DNA of 64,000 bases from Eledone cirrhosa (taxonomy: Eukaryota): positions 32,240,001 through 32,304,000 of the forward strand of contig OZ024756.1 in NCBI GenBank assembly GCA_964016885.1, read 5' to 3'. Both the position numbers and the translations under genes were made by a program. Below the pieces are notes generated by a model, which was given only the letters and a program-made list of their open reading frames with translations, did no database searches and was not told the origin of the DNA. Of this stretch, positions 1-13,563 are shown one piece after another; the stretch's first letter is position 1; every line of letters starts with the position of its first letter.

Positions 1-75
1 GCAAACATATACACACCTCTCTCTCCTGATCTCATATATATATATATACATATATGTATATATATATATATGTAT

Positions 76-110
<35 letters not shown>

Positions 111-369
111 TTTAATTACATAATAAAAAACACAATATAATTATTCCTTTACCAAAGCTTTCAAGAAAGTAGACGAGCACTACAGGACCGAAACGTCTAT
201 TCCGTTAATCAGATGAAATAGTTACACATATATATATATTCTTTTACCTGTTCCAGCCATTCGGCTGAGGCCATGATGCTGGGGCACCGCCTTTACACAC
301 ACACACACACACACACATATACATATATATATATTTTGTGTCTCGTTTGTCCTCCATATTGCTGAACAG

Positions 370-410
<41 letters not shown>

Positions 411-480
411 AGTAAGTAAGACCCCGACGGCTGAGCTCAAGCCGTTTCGACGGCTAATTCTAATATATATATATATCAAA

Positions 481-698
481 TAGAAATAATAACAAATTTG
501 AAGACTAAAATCCAAAGAGGGCTCGAAAAGGATAAATATATATCAAATATATAAGAACCGTAGAGCAAATATTTATTAAAATAACAGATTAAAGTTTAAG
601 CAAATAATCGCTGCTTTCACCCTTAACGGGATCTTCAGAAGATCCCATTAAGTGTGAAAGCAGCGATTCTTTGCTTAAACTTTACTCTGTTATTTTAA

Positions 699-704
<6 letters not shown>
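481..704. mobile_element. Family C fold-back element (arms ~570-636 / 638-704) among (TA)n tracts
   Basis: AAGCAAATAATCGCTGCTTTCACCCTTAACGGGATCTTC-A-GAAGATCCCATTAAGTGTGAAAGCAGCGATTCTTTGCTT. Homologues at 4705-4764, 12537-12586, 31361-31563. Confidence 0.85.
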
Positions 705-728
<24 letters not shown>

Positions 729-730
<2 letters not shown>

Positions 731-786
731 TTGCAGTCCAGTATGCATTGTTTAGCCTTCTATCTCTTTCAACGTTATATATACAC

Positions 787-817
<31 letters not shown>

Positions 818-875
818 TATGTATATATAACGTTGAAAGAGATAGAAGGCTTAACAATGCATACTGGACTGCAAT
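729..875. repeat. Inverted repeat (~52-bp arms) with a (TA)n spacer
   Basis: TATTGCAGTCCAGTATGCATTGTTTAGCCTTCTATCTCTTTCAACGTTATAT / ATATAACGTTGAAAGAGATAGAAGGCTTAACAATGCATACTGGACTGCAATA. Confidence 0.9.
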
Positions 876-1453
876 ATGAGGTAACGAAAAGTAAATGTTA
901 CCAGGTAATCTTTTATTTTTGTTTTGTTCCAATTTCCTCTCTGCGGGATACAAATTTGATTTTGATTAAAATCCTTTCTAAGTCGCGCGTGTGTGTTCGT
1001 ACGTCTGTTTGTGTATGTGTGTGTGTTTGTGAATGTGTGTGTGTATGTTTATGTATGTGTGCGTTGTGTAACATACGACAGAACATGAAAATGGCTGCTT
1101 GTTTGTCTGCCCTTAAGAGTACTTTCTCAATTTTAAAACAAATTCATTGTATATATATAGATATAAATATTAAAACAATGAAATTAAACAAAAAACTGTT
1201 AATTAATAGTAAAACTCATTAATTTACGATCGTTTCTGGGGTGTGCACGCCGTATGTCCATTATCTGTGTGTATATATATATATATATATATAATATATA
1301 TATATATATTAAAGAGTTAAACAAGATTCAATGTGTATCTCAAAGAATGAGTTTTACAGTAGATTGGAAGCACTCTACAAAAAATTATTTTCCAGAGTTA
1401 TTAATATTAAAATACAAATATTAATAAAATAGATGTTCTTTTGATCAATTAAA

Positions 1454-1504
1454 TTTTATTAGACATATTTCAGAGGTACAACAGTACGTCCTCATCAGAC
1501 AAAA
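1454..1504 (-). ncRNA. Type I minimal hammerhead ribozyme (family D, one stem III mismatch)
   Basis: TTTTGT-CTGATGA-GGACGTAC[TGTT]GTACCTCT-GAA-ATATGTCT-A-ATAAAA. Confidence 0.7.
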
Positions 1505-2181
1505 TATAATGATACATGACATACCCTGAGATGTTAAATGGTTAATATTTAATCAAGGTAGTGATTAACCTAAGAGAAAACTCAACATTTATACCCTAAT
1601 AATGAGAAAATGCGAAAACATAATAAATTCAATAGAGGATGTATGAGTAAGAAAAACGTTGCTTAATGTGACAGCTATAGAGATTTTAAAATGTGGGATA
1701 CTACAAATTATGGTTATCTAGGAAAACGTCTCTTGAATTATAACTGTTTATGAAGGCCACTGATTTAAAGAGAGGAAAGATAAAGGGGAGTAATATGTGC
1801 AGAAAAAAAATTTGTTTTCCTCAAAGGCTAAACGGTTAAGTTTCAAAATATTTACTTTATGTTATTTTAAGGGTGAAGAATCAAAATTTTAGGTTTTTAA
1901 AAAAGTTAATGGTTATATTTATTAATTTTATAAATTCTATAAATGTGTTAACATTTCTAAACTTCTGAATTTTATGAGGACAAAATTAAAGGATTTACCT
2001 AACCAGCGAAAGGAAAATTTACACTGTTGAATATTTTTCCTAAATGTAATCTTTAACGAAAATTACCTATTAGAATGTCAACATTTTCGGCATGTAAAGC
2101 TTATGAACTACTTATTGTTAGAAATATCTAAAAATTAATTGTCAAGTAGTTAGTGTAATGATAACGCAGAGTTTTCACCAA

Positions 2182-2217
<36 letters not shown>

Positions 2218-2483
2218 GAATTATGGTAATACATTAATATTTGTTATATTATATTAAATCTCTATACAAGTTCTACTTTCATGATAGAAATAATAAATAT
2301 GCTATTGTACAAATATCTATATTTGCACAAACTATATATTTGTACAAACTATATATAGCGTTAAACCAAAACGGTAATTATGTTAGTATACACTATAGAT
2401 ATATATGCAAAAAAAACAAAAGCTGAGATATACATAACTAATAATAAGATTATGTTATACAGATACACTTATTTACAAAAATA

Positions 2484-3030
2484 AAAATTAGGTATAGAGT
2501 GATATACTAAATATTATTGAGCCAGTATACTTCAGGTAAATGATAACGAATATAAAATAATAGATTCAAACATGCTAAAGTTAAATAGATACATATATAT
2601 AAAAGATTGTAAAGGCATGAATTATTCACAGTTCAAAATAAATAATCTAAAAATTTAAAAGTTATCTAAAAATTAGGTATAGAGAGATATACTAAGTATT
2701 AGTGACACAGTATACTTTTGGTAAATGATAACGATTATAATCTTATATAATAGATTTCAACGTGCTAAAGTTAAATACATACATATATATAAAAAAATGT
2801 AAGCGCATGGATGATTCACAGTTCAAAATAAGGTCTATAAAAATTCACAGGTTGGATATTTGCACTATATTTAAATCATGGATAGAAAAATATAAAGGTA
2901 GGTATATTTAAAAACTTACAAAAGATAAGTACATACATATTATAAATAAAAAAGTGTAAACACATGAATGATTCACAGATAAAAATAACTCCGTAAAAAA
3001 TTACAGGTTGGATATTTAAACTAAATTTAA
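2484..3030. repeat. Tandem duplication, ~185-bp unit (two full copies, one partial)
   Basis: AAAATTAGGTATAGAG.GATATACTAA...GGTAAATGATAACGA...TGCTAAAGTTAAATA...ATTCACAGTTCAAAATAA repeated. Confidence 0.85.
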
Positions 3031-3260
3031 AACTTAGATAGGAAAATAAAGATATAGAAATAATTGTTTCTACTTTAGGCACAAGGCCAGCAATTATCCA
3101 GTGCATTACTGGTACTTTATTTTATCGACTCCGTAAGGATGAAAGGCATGGATTAAAGTCACTAATATTATGTCATGTATATCAACGTGTCAGCGTGTTA
3201 TTGAACAAGTGCCATTCATTCAAGCGTTATTCCTTCTATAGATAGTCATGTATCTTTATA

Positions 3261-3311
3261 TTTTGTCTGATGAGGACGTACTATTGTATCTCTGAAATAT
3301 GTATAATAAAA
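3261..3311 (+). ncRNA. Type I minimal hammerhead ribozyme (family D)
   Basis: TTTTGT-CTGATGA-GGACGTAC[TATT]GTATCTCT-GAA-ATATGTAT-A-ATAAAA. Confidence 0.78.
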
Positions 3312-3366
3312 TTTAATTGATCAAAAGAACATCTAATTTATTAATATTCGTATTTTAATATATATA

Positions 3367-3574
3367 TAACGTGGTAAGGAACCAGATGGACCATAACGCA
3401 CCAAAGTACTCAATACATAGGGTAGTAGAGTGGGTAATAGGAACGAGTAGGACCCCGACGGTTGAGCTCAAGCCGTTTCGACGGCTAATTCTGGACTAAA
3501 ATTCTGGACTAAAATGTTAGTCCAGAATTACCCGTAAAAACGGCTTGAGCTCAGCCGTCGGGGTCCTACTCGTT

Positions 3575-3578
<4 letters not shown>
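3367..3578. mobile_element. Family B fold-back element inside (TA)n
   Basis: Long arm GTGGTAAGGAACCAG...GACCCCGACGGTTGAGCTCAAGCCGTTTCGACGGCTAATTCTGGACT, then a short inverted arm ending GTTCCTA|(TA)n. Confidence 0.9.
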
Positions 3579-3651
<73 letters not shown>

Positions 3652-3720
3652 TATTAATATATATATACAAATCTTTATATATATATACATATATATATAT
3701 ATGTATGTATGTATATATAA

Positions 3721-3801
<81 letters not shown>

Positions 3802-4340
3802 TAAATATATATACATATTAATATATATACACAAATCTTTATATATAAATATATATATATTTAATGCGATTAAAACTTTTCGACTTTATGCTTCAGCTGC
3901 TGATTGTGAGTTATTCTTTACTTTTTCTATTCTAAATGTAATAAAATGAGTAGTGAGATTTTTATCTTGCTCGATATTAGCCTAGATACTCAAGTTCTAT
4001 TGTTAAATGGTTAATTTCTACAGAGAAATTCTAAGAAACTAAGTGTAGAATCAATATTGTTTTTCGTTGTTAGTTATCCAAACAAATCGATATATTCCGT
4101 GTTAATCGTACAATACTTTTTTTACATTCGAACAACAAATTTTTGAATATTTTTCTAATGTTCATTTATATGTTTGTGTCATATATAATTTATTATTATT
4201 ATTCTTTTTATTTATCTTCTTTTCTTTTCATTCTTTTCTGCCATGTACAAACACATATAAACCCTCTCATTCACGCCCACAATCACACACACACACACAT
4301 ACATATGTATACATACACACACATACACACATATATAAGT

Positions 4341-4417
<77 letters not shown>

Positions 4418-4509
4418 CATATTTACATACATACATACACACATACACACATATATACATATATTATAAATATATATATAGATATATATACTTATATATA
4501 TATATATAT

Positions 4510-4546
<37 letters not shown>

Positions 4547-4605
4547 TTATCCTTGTATATATATATATATATATTATATATATATACATATATATATATA
4601 TTTAT

Positions 4606-4702
<97 letters not shown>

Positions 4703-4752
4703 CATATATTTATCCTTATCGAGCACTCTTTGGATTTTAGACTTCAAATTTA

Positions 4753-4860
<108 letters not shown>

Positions 4861-5448
4861 CATATACATATACAGACATATACATAAATCCATATTTGAG
4901 CGTTTTTATATTTCGGTAAACGTTTTTTATTTTTATAGTATTCTATATCATTTAAATCAACTTTACGAAGGTAAATTGTTGACTACAACTGAAATCGATT
5001 GGTGGGTAGAAGTGTAGAGAGTCTAACAGAATGATTTGTAACAAATATTCCTAAGGAAACATACAATGTAGGCATTAGCAGAAGAAGAACAACTATAACA
5101 AACAGCTGCTTTAGGTGTGAGACGGAAAAAAGGAGACTTATATTATAGATAGAGCTGGTCAGAAGAAGATATTCGAGAATTAAGAGTAAAGAAGAGCGTG
5201 AAATGTTTGATAAAATGGGAGATAAATTGAGGAGGAAAAATAACAATAAAACAGACGTAATTTCAAAACAAGTAAATTTAATGTTTATGGAATATTTTGA
5301 GAGCTCTGGGGATTACTATTATTTTTTTTTTTAAATTGCAGACAGTCGTCTACAACATTCTATCATTCTGCATATGTATATTAAATAAATAAGCACATAC
5401 ATATATGTATATACATAAATACATACACACATATATGTATATATATAA

Positions 5449-5539
<91 letters not shown>

Positions 5540-5626
5540 AGTAGTCATATATATATATGTGCATATATATATATATATCCACATATATTTATATTCATAT
5601 ATATACATATACATGTATATATGTAT

Positions 5627-5659
<33 letters not shown>

Positions 5660-5978
5660 CATGCATACATACATGCTTACATACATACACACACACATGC
5701 ATATATATATATATATATATATGGCTGAGATATTGTATATTTTCTTTTAATTTTATCATGATATGACTTAATGTATGTCTATATGTAGAAAATAACCAGT
5801 TTATTTTATTCTATATTATATTTTATTCCCATCATATAGTCACAATATATATATCAACGTTTTGAATCTCATATTATTTTGAAGTTGTTTCTAGTTGTTT
5901 GTACCATTTTACTATTATATATTCTCAGCTCTTTGTTTTCCACTGTTATTTCTTCTCATAATATTATTTATAAATAAA

Positions 5979-6170
5979 GGGCGGTGGATTGGCAGTATCA
6001 GTAGAGAGTCGGACGCCATGCTTTCCAGCATAGTTACGTCCCTTTACGGTCTGAGTTCAAATCCCGCCGAGGTTAACTTTGCCTTTCATCCTTACGGGGT
6101 CGATAAAATAAAGTACCAGTAATGTACTGGGTAATTGCTGGCCTTGTGCCCAAAGTAGAAACAAATATTA
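5979..6170 (+). mobile_element. tRNA-headed SINE (family A, short form) with 16-bp target-site duplication
   Basis: A-box-like TGGCAGTATCAGTAG, B-box GAGTTCAAATCCC, body GCCTTTCATCCTTACGGGGTCGATAAAATAAAGTACCAG, tail TGCTGGCCTTGTGCC..AGTAGAAAC. TSD AATATTATTTATAAAT at 5960-5975 and 6164-6179. Confidence 0.92.
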
Positions 6171-6369
6171 TTTATAAATGATAAGTTATGGCCATGTACA
6201 AATATTAGCAGCCAATATTCTGAAGAAATATAACTGTGATAGAGTGCGAGAGTCGTTAACATATCAGACAATTGCTTAGCGACACAGAAGGGTGGGGGAG
6301 AGTGAAGGAAGAGAGAGATGGGCTCTGGGTTTATGGTACGGCAGTAATTGGGCTCCGCTCCGCGGACAA

Positions 6370-6560
6370 GACTTCAAAAGCATTCCTGCGAACGATGGCC
6401 ACCGACACACACTGCAACAGACACCCCGTCTCGCAAGCTTCCTCTTCAGACTGGATGCTGACGTTCCAATCTTGTGGAAGAGCTCGGCAATTTGGGGTCC
6501 AAGTACGCCTCAGTCCTCAATGGCGACCGACGGGAAGAGGAAGTATTTGTTCTAGTTCTT
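6370..6560 (-). pseudogene. Decayed C-terminal RLE region of a CRE-like non-LTR retrotransposon
   Basis: GC-richer island. The minus strand gives FLFPSVAIED*GVLGPQIAELFHKIG and, after a frameshift, LQCVSVAIVRRNAFEVL, resembling FxPxAxETxGxxG...QRxSVAIQRGNA of CRE-type elements. Confidence 0.55.
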
Positions 6561-7222
6561 TAACTTCTAAGTTCAATTTCTACCAACTAACAACTGTGCT
6601 TCTTGTTCTGCCGAAGAAGATAACATAATGTACCAGTCATATATTTATGTCGATATATTCGATTTGTTTCATTCTCGCCAAAATTCCTAGCATTGAGCTA
6701 TAATTGAAAAAAAAAAAAAAACATTATTCTGAAATATATATATAAAAATCTGAGAGACTTCCGTCTGTCAGACAATGTGTGTGTATGTGTGTGTATGAAT
6801 GTATGTTTGTGTGAAAGGAAGGAAGGGGTTGGTGAAAAAACTATAGCAAAACAGCGGCTGGTGTTCCATTTGATTCACTGTGTTTGTATGTGTGTGTTTG
6901 TGTAAATTTATGTGTGTGTGTTTAGGTGAATTAATGTGTGTGCTTGTGTGGCTGCATTTGTATTTGTGTGTATGTTTGTTTATGAATGTGTATTTTTGAA
7001 AGTGTTTGTATTTTTGAAAGTGTTTGTATTTGAAAGTGTGTCTGTATTTAAAAATATCGAAGATGATCAATTATATTCTCCTCGTTTATGTGTCATATAT
7101 TTTTGAATATAACAGTAAATTTAAATTATCTCTTAACACAATCTTGTAATGATTTTGCAGAACATATCTAAATATAGATGTCTTAACTCATATGTTTAAA
7201 ATATCATAATTTGTAGATGGCA

Positions 7223-7680
7223 GGGCGGTGGATTGGCAGTATCGGTAAGGGTCGGACCTCATGCTTTGCAACATAGTTATGACCCTTTACAATCTCAGTT
7301 CAAATAAAGCCGAGGATAGCTTTGCCTATCATCCTTACGGGGTCGATAAAATAAAGTACCAGTAATGCACTTGGGCCGATTTAATCGACTTTTCCCTCCC
7401 GCCAAAATTGCTGGACTTGTGCCTATATAAGAAACCATTATTTGTGGATGGGTTAGAGTTTGTTGATTGACAGTATCGGCAAGGCGTCGGTCATGGTACT
7501 TTGCGGCATAGACTTATGATATTTTACATTCTGAGTTCAAATCCCACCGAGGATAACTTTACCTTTCATTCTTACGTGGTCCACAAAATAAAGCACCAGT
7601 AATGTACTGGGTTCGATTTCATAGATATTTCTCCTCCCCTCCAAAACTGTTGGCCTTATGCCTAAATCAGAAACCATTAT
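7223..7680 (+). mobile_element. Two tandem family A SINEs (long form)
   Basis: Same head and body. CATWATTTGTRGATGG occurs at 7205-7220, 7436-7451 and 7675-7690. Confidence 0.9.
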
Positions 7681-8426
7681 TTGTAGATGGTGGGTTGACA
7701 GATTGGAATAAGAAATTTCTATTCATTTGAAAGTGGTTGCGGTAGAATTCACTCTATGCTGAAAATGGTCAGCTAGAGCATATCCCAATTTAGGGGATCA
7801 TGAACGTCTCTATCTACAAGAGCGTCATGCTTTACTTACTGCAAAGGTGGGGATAATAACAAAATCGAATTGAATCACATTATACAATGACACGGCACCT
7901 TTCATTTAAACAGAGTTAAATCTGGAGTTATTCAGTAGTTAGCGATGATGTTTATATGTAGTCGTACATTAGCATCCATTATCACACTGTGTTAATTTAT
8001 TTTTAGAAGACAGTGAAATGCTAACAATTCCCACAAATCTACATTTAGCTATGATATTTAGCTCAGGAAAGAGGAGAGACAAAATATATAAAATATGTTA
8101 GGCCTAGGATTCGTACTCGCATTTGGAGATATGAATCAATTCATAATACATGAATAATCTAAACTTGTATACGAATTTAATAATCTCGTATTAGATATCA
8201 AATTAAGGCGCAGAATTAAGAAATTGGATATGATTAGGGCTATGCTTTGGAATCTTTTACGTTCAGAGTTCAAATTTTACTGAACAAAATTTGACCTTTC
8301 TCTATTGAGAGTTCCATATAATTGACTCTACCTCCATCCTAAATAGCTAGGTCTTGGACAGTCAATGGTAAACGTTGTAAATATGACAGAGAACAAATAT
8401 CTTAAGGTTTTATATATGCTATTAGT

Positions 8427-8620
8427 AATAATTGTTTCTACTTTTGGCACAAAACCAGCAATTACCCAGTGCATTACTGGTACTTTAATTTATCGACCCC
8501 GTAAGGATGAAAGGCAAAGTTAACCTCGGTGGGATTTGAACTCAGAATGGCAAGGGCCGTAACTCTATACGTCAAAGCATGGCGTCCGACCCTCTACCGA
8601 TATTACCAATCCGCCGTCCT
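8427..8620 (-). mobile_element. Family A SINE
   Basis: Reverse complement of the family A consensus, with imperfect TSD GCTA..AGTAATAAT. Confidence 0.9.
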
Positions 8621-8957
8621 GGCTAGCAGTAATAATATAGTGTCGGTGATATTGGTATGCTGCTCTTTCAGTTGTTATATATATTTTTTTTTTTCCATGT
8701 ATATATATGTGTGTGTGTGTCTGCATATTTGAGTTCGCGTCTCAAGAATAAATTTAGCCTTTCTCTTTATACAGGAATAAAAAAATATGAAATATTTGAA
8801 GACATTTTTTTAAATTTCAATACACACAGATATACGTAAATACACATATATACGTAACGCATCGCTCGGTCAGAGAATCGAACTCACAACGTAACAATCA
8901 CGAATTCAATTCTATAACCACTGAGCCACGCGCCTTCACTGTCTACAATCATATATT

Positions 8958-8992
<35 letters not shown>

Positions 8993-9030
8993 ATATATAC
9001 ATATATATATGTATATATGTATATGTACAC

Positions 9031-9061
<31 letters not shown>

Positions 9062-9139
9062 TGTATGTATGTATGTATGTATGTATGTATGTATGTATGT
9101 ATGTACGTATGTATGTATGTATATATGTATGTATGTGTC

Positions 9140-10045
9140 AGGTCACCAGTTGGTGCTACTGGTAACATGTATCCCAGTACAACCTGTCTCATGGTCGGGT
9201 CGTTGGCGACTAAACTGGCAACCCAACCAAGGTTTCTTGGTGAGGAGGGTGACTTTGGACATCCTGCAGGACTAAAAACAAAACCTGTCAAAGGGCAAAG
9301 GAGGTCTTAACAGTCAATGGCCATCCAAAATCACCGGGAGAGATGACCTCTTAGCCGTTGTCAAGGCAGAATTCTAGAAGGAAAACTCTGATATAACACC
9401 TGCAACTCTGATGGTATCCAACGATGTTGACTTGTTCTTCTTTTTGGTAAATATCATCTTGGTTAAGAGAGTGGGACTGGCTTTGTGCAGTGCCTTTGCT
9501 CACTATAAAAGCTTCATAGCACGGGCATTGCTTTATATCTGGAGATCTCTCTGCACTTGTCGTCACATGGTACCATGGACCCAGCACTATGTGACAATAA
9601 TTGTCGCAAGTGTAGTCTTTGTACCAGAGTTTTCAAGTCGCTGGCTGGACTAAAAATTTACACTCGTTCAGCGCATTGGTAGGGGTTCTCCTGCATGGAT
9701 ATAAAGTAGTGGCCGTACTCGAAAACGAGTTGGCAGCCACCATGTATGTATGTATAGAGAGCGAAAGAACTTATAAGAGCCAACGGCCATCCAAAAGTGT
9801 GTAAATATGTGTATGCACATGAAGTGAAGGACCCCTAGCCTTTGTCAGGGCATTATTCTAGGATAAGACAACTCAGGAAACTGGGATAACTCCGATATAA
9901 CACCTGTGGCTCAGTAGTTACCGATGATGTTGAGCTTTTCTTCTTTTCGGGTTATAGCTACTGTCGCTCAGAGAGTGGGATTGGCTCAGTGCACAGTCTT
10001 TCCTCACTTTAAAAAATATCTTCACGCACAGGCATTGCACGATAG
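9140..10045 (+). repeat. Interspersed repeat with internal duplication (9315-9530 vs 9780-10040), possibly a LINE (RTE-type) 5' UTR
   Basis: Shared GGCCATCCAAAA...CTCYGATATAACACCTG...GATGTTGA...GAGAGTGGGAYTGGCT...GGCATTGC. 9175-9330 has an inverted homologue at 17100-17247. Confidence 0.6.
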
Positions 10046-10109
10046 AATTGATTAATAATTATTAATAATGGTATATCGTGCAATGGGCATACTCGATAAC
10101 AAGGGGGCA

Positions 10110-10238
<129 letters not shown>

Positions 10239-10257
10239 TGTGTGTTTGTGTATATAA

Positions 10258-10337
<80 letters not shown>

Positions 10338-10431
10338 ATATATACATATATATGTATGTATATTGATACATATATATGTATATAAATATATATATATATG
10401 TATATAAATATATATATATATATGTATATAA

Positions 10432-10529
<98 letters not shown>

Positions 10530-11255
10530 TTATATATATATATATATACACAGAAGCGGGTACACACGCATAAACACATATAGTATATGACTTTAATAAG
10601 CGTGTTCCTATATGTCTGTATTCCTGTAGTTTATAAGGTTGTTTCACATTTTTTTTTTTTTTAATATCTGGCAACTACTACACACATATATACGTATCTT
10701 TGATGTCGTTGTCATGGAAATACACTTGATAAAATATGATATACTTTATTTTAATAAATAATATATTTCATACCTACGTACATACAGACATACAGACTGA
10801 CTATCTACCTACAGCTGCAGAAACAGCAACATCAACAACAACGCGAATACAATATCATTCTAGGCAATGAATGAAAAAAAAAAACAGCGATATGAACAAC
10901 AACACCCACGACAACAACAACAACAAGAACAACAACTACAAACAACGACAACAACAATAATAATAATAACAACAACAAGGACTACTACAATAACAGCAAC
11001 AAGGAGAACATCAAAAACAACAACAACTAAAAAACAAGAGTTACAACAACAACTACAATAACGACATCAACAACAACAACAACAGGAAAAACATAAACGA
11101 CAGCAGCAACGAGACAAAAACAGCAACAGCAACAAGACAAAAATATATTGGAAGACCGAAGAAGTACTAGATCCTCCCAAGCAATTCAAAATACAAAATA
11201 TATATTTTATATTAGAATTTATCAAGATACCATTGATAAACTAAAAGCACAAGTG

Positions 11256-11372
<117 letters not shown>

Positions 11373-11517
11373 AATATATATATATATAGAGAGAGAGATA
11401 TATAGATATATAGATACATACATATATACATACATATTTATTAATACATATATATATATATATATATATAAATGAATATATATATATATACATAAATATA
11501 GATATGTTATAGATATG

Positions 11518-11548
<31 letters not shown>

Positions 11549-11984
11549 GCACATATATATATATATATATATGTGTGTGTATATACATATTTAGATATAC
11601 ATATACATATATATATATATATAAGTAAGTGTTTTGAAACAGTGAGCGAGTTTGAAATTAGAAATATAAGCTTTTACCGTATTTATGTCAATACTCATCT
11701 TTTTCCATTTCCCTGAGAGTTCTAAACCCCACTATCAGGCTAAACAATTTATTTAGTAAAAAATACGGTGAAAGCTTATATATATATATAATATACAAAT
11801 ATTAAATATATAAATAGATAAATAAATGCCATTGTTAAATAATAAATAAAGCAACTAATACTTTAACACTTCACACAAAGTAAAACTGTTTGTTTTAATC
11901 ATTTTCTAACCCAGAAAAAAGAGAGAAAAACAAAAAAGGGAATAAATATATTTTTCTTCCTAATAATCGTCTCTTTCTCCCTGC

Positions 11985-12028
<44 letters not shown>

Positions 12029-12059
12029 ACACACACAGACACACACACACACACACACA

Positions 12060-12099
<40 letters not shown>

Positions 12100-12226
12100 T
12101 TGAAATATGTCCTAAGGGAAATGACCATAATATATGTGTATCATTCAAAATGATACTTGAGGATAACGGGTAAAATTATTTCTCAAAAACTAATAAAACT
12201 CACCTATTATTATTAGGATGGTGAAA

Positions 12227-12420
12227 GGGCGGTGGATTGGCAGTCTCGGTAGAGAGTCGGATACCCTGCTTTGAAACATAGAGTTACGTCCCTTTATGAT
12301 TTGAGTTCAATTTCCGCCAAGGTTAACTTTGCCTTTCATCCTTACGGGGTCGATAAAATAAAGTACCAGTGATATACTGGGTATTTGCTGGCCTTGTGTT
12401 AATAGTAGAAACAATTATTA
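12227..12420 (+). mobile_element. Family A SINE
   Basis: Full-length match to the consensus. Confidence 0.9.
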
Positions 12421-12485
12421 CGCGTTAGTCCGCACAGCATTTCTAATTTTAAAATTTCGCCATGATTTTTAATTCATCCAGTATC

Positions 12486-12523
<38 letters not shown>

Positions 12524-12604
12524 CCTTTATATATATAGGGTGAAAGCAGCGATTCTTTGCTCACACTTTAATCTGTTATTTTAATATATATATATATATA
12601 ATAT

Positions 12605-12646
<42 letters not shown>

Positions 12647-13488
12647 CTTATATATATATACATATAATACACACCCACACACATATATACATATAAATAC
12701 ATATAAGTATATATATATATATATATATATATTTATTTATATTTATATATATATTTATATTTATATATATGTATATATATATATATATACAACAAAGAAA
12801 CCATATTAATTTTCTTAAGCTGAATAAAAAATAAAGTACCAATAAAAACAAAAATCTGATCATGGCGGAAAAATGGAAGAGAGGGGCGGAATGTAAAAAA
12901 CAAAATATTAGAGATAAGTATTTTTTGCATAAAACTTAAGTAAGATAAATAATAGTAGAGGGAAGAAAACAACATCAACCCTGGAAAGAAAAGAAAACTA
13001 GAAGTTCAAAAGGTAGGTGTGAATATAAAATATGTTGCTCATATGCTGAAACGAAGCTTCAAACGTATATAGAGATAGTGCGGCAGGGTGGGGGTGGTGG
13101 TGATGTTGGGGGTGGGGTGGGGGTTGTAAATATTGCCGTATTAAAAAAATATAATTTTCTTATTCTTTGTTATCATCTTTGAATTTTTTTTTATCCTCTT
13201 TGTGTAATTCTTTCTTTTTTTTGTTTGTGATTGTTTTTTTGTTGTGGCTGTTGATATTCATGTTGATATTGATGTTCTTAATGTTGCTGTTGGCATTGTT
13301 GGTTGTGGTGATGGCTTGTTTTTGTTGTTATTGTTTGTTTCTTTGTTTTTGTTGTCAGTGTTGTTTTCTCATATGAAAACATCCAGATATATGAGAACGA
13401 AAAAAAAACTTATGGTGGAATGGTGTGTATTTTAAAACGTTGAAAGCGTGGGAATATCGCAATACTTAACATATCGTTTAGTAACTTG

Positions 13489-13563
<75 letters not shown>

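Larger units (their letters stand above)
1373..3360. mobile_element. ~2-kb unit bounded by inverted family D termini (each with a hammerhead), flanked by TA-rich tracts
   Basis: About 1400-1522 is the reverse complement of about 3244-3360. The interior is AT-rich with a tandem duplication and a SINE fragment, and has no recognisable ORF. Confidence 0.55.

Noticed and set aside
168-200. AGACGAG...CCGAAACGTC hammerhead-like string (also 30845-30872 and 55718-55746)
   Set aside because: The core is mismatched and stem II is poor or GAAA incomplete. These cannot be separated from chance.
1570-2180. Possible Penelope coding remnant inside the 1373-3360 unit
   Set aside because: The frames I translated by hand have many stops and no RT or GIY-YIG motif.
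5979-6070. tRNA-like A/B boxes as tRNA genes
   Set aside because: No clean cloverleaf; always followed by SINE body, tail and TSD.
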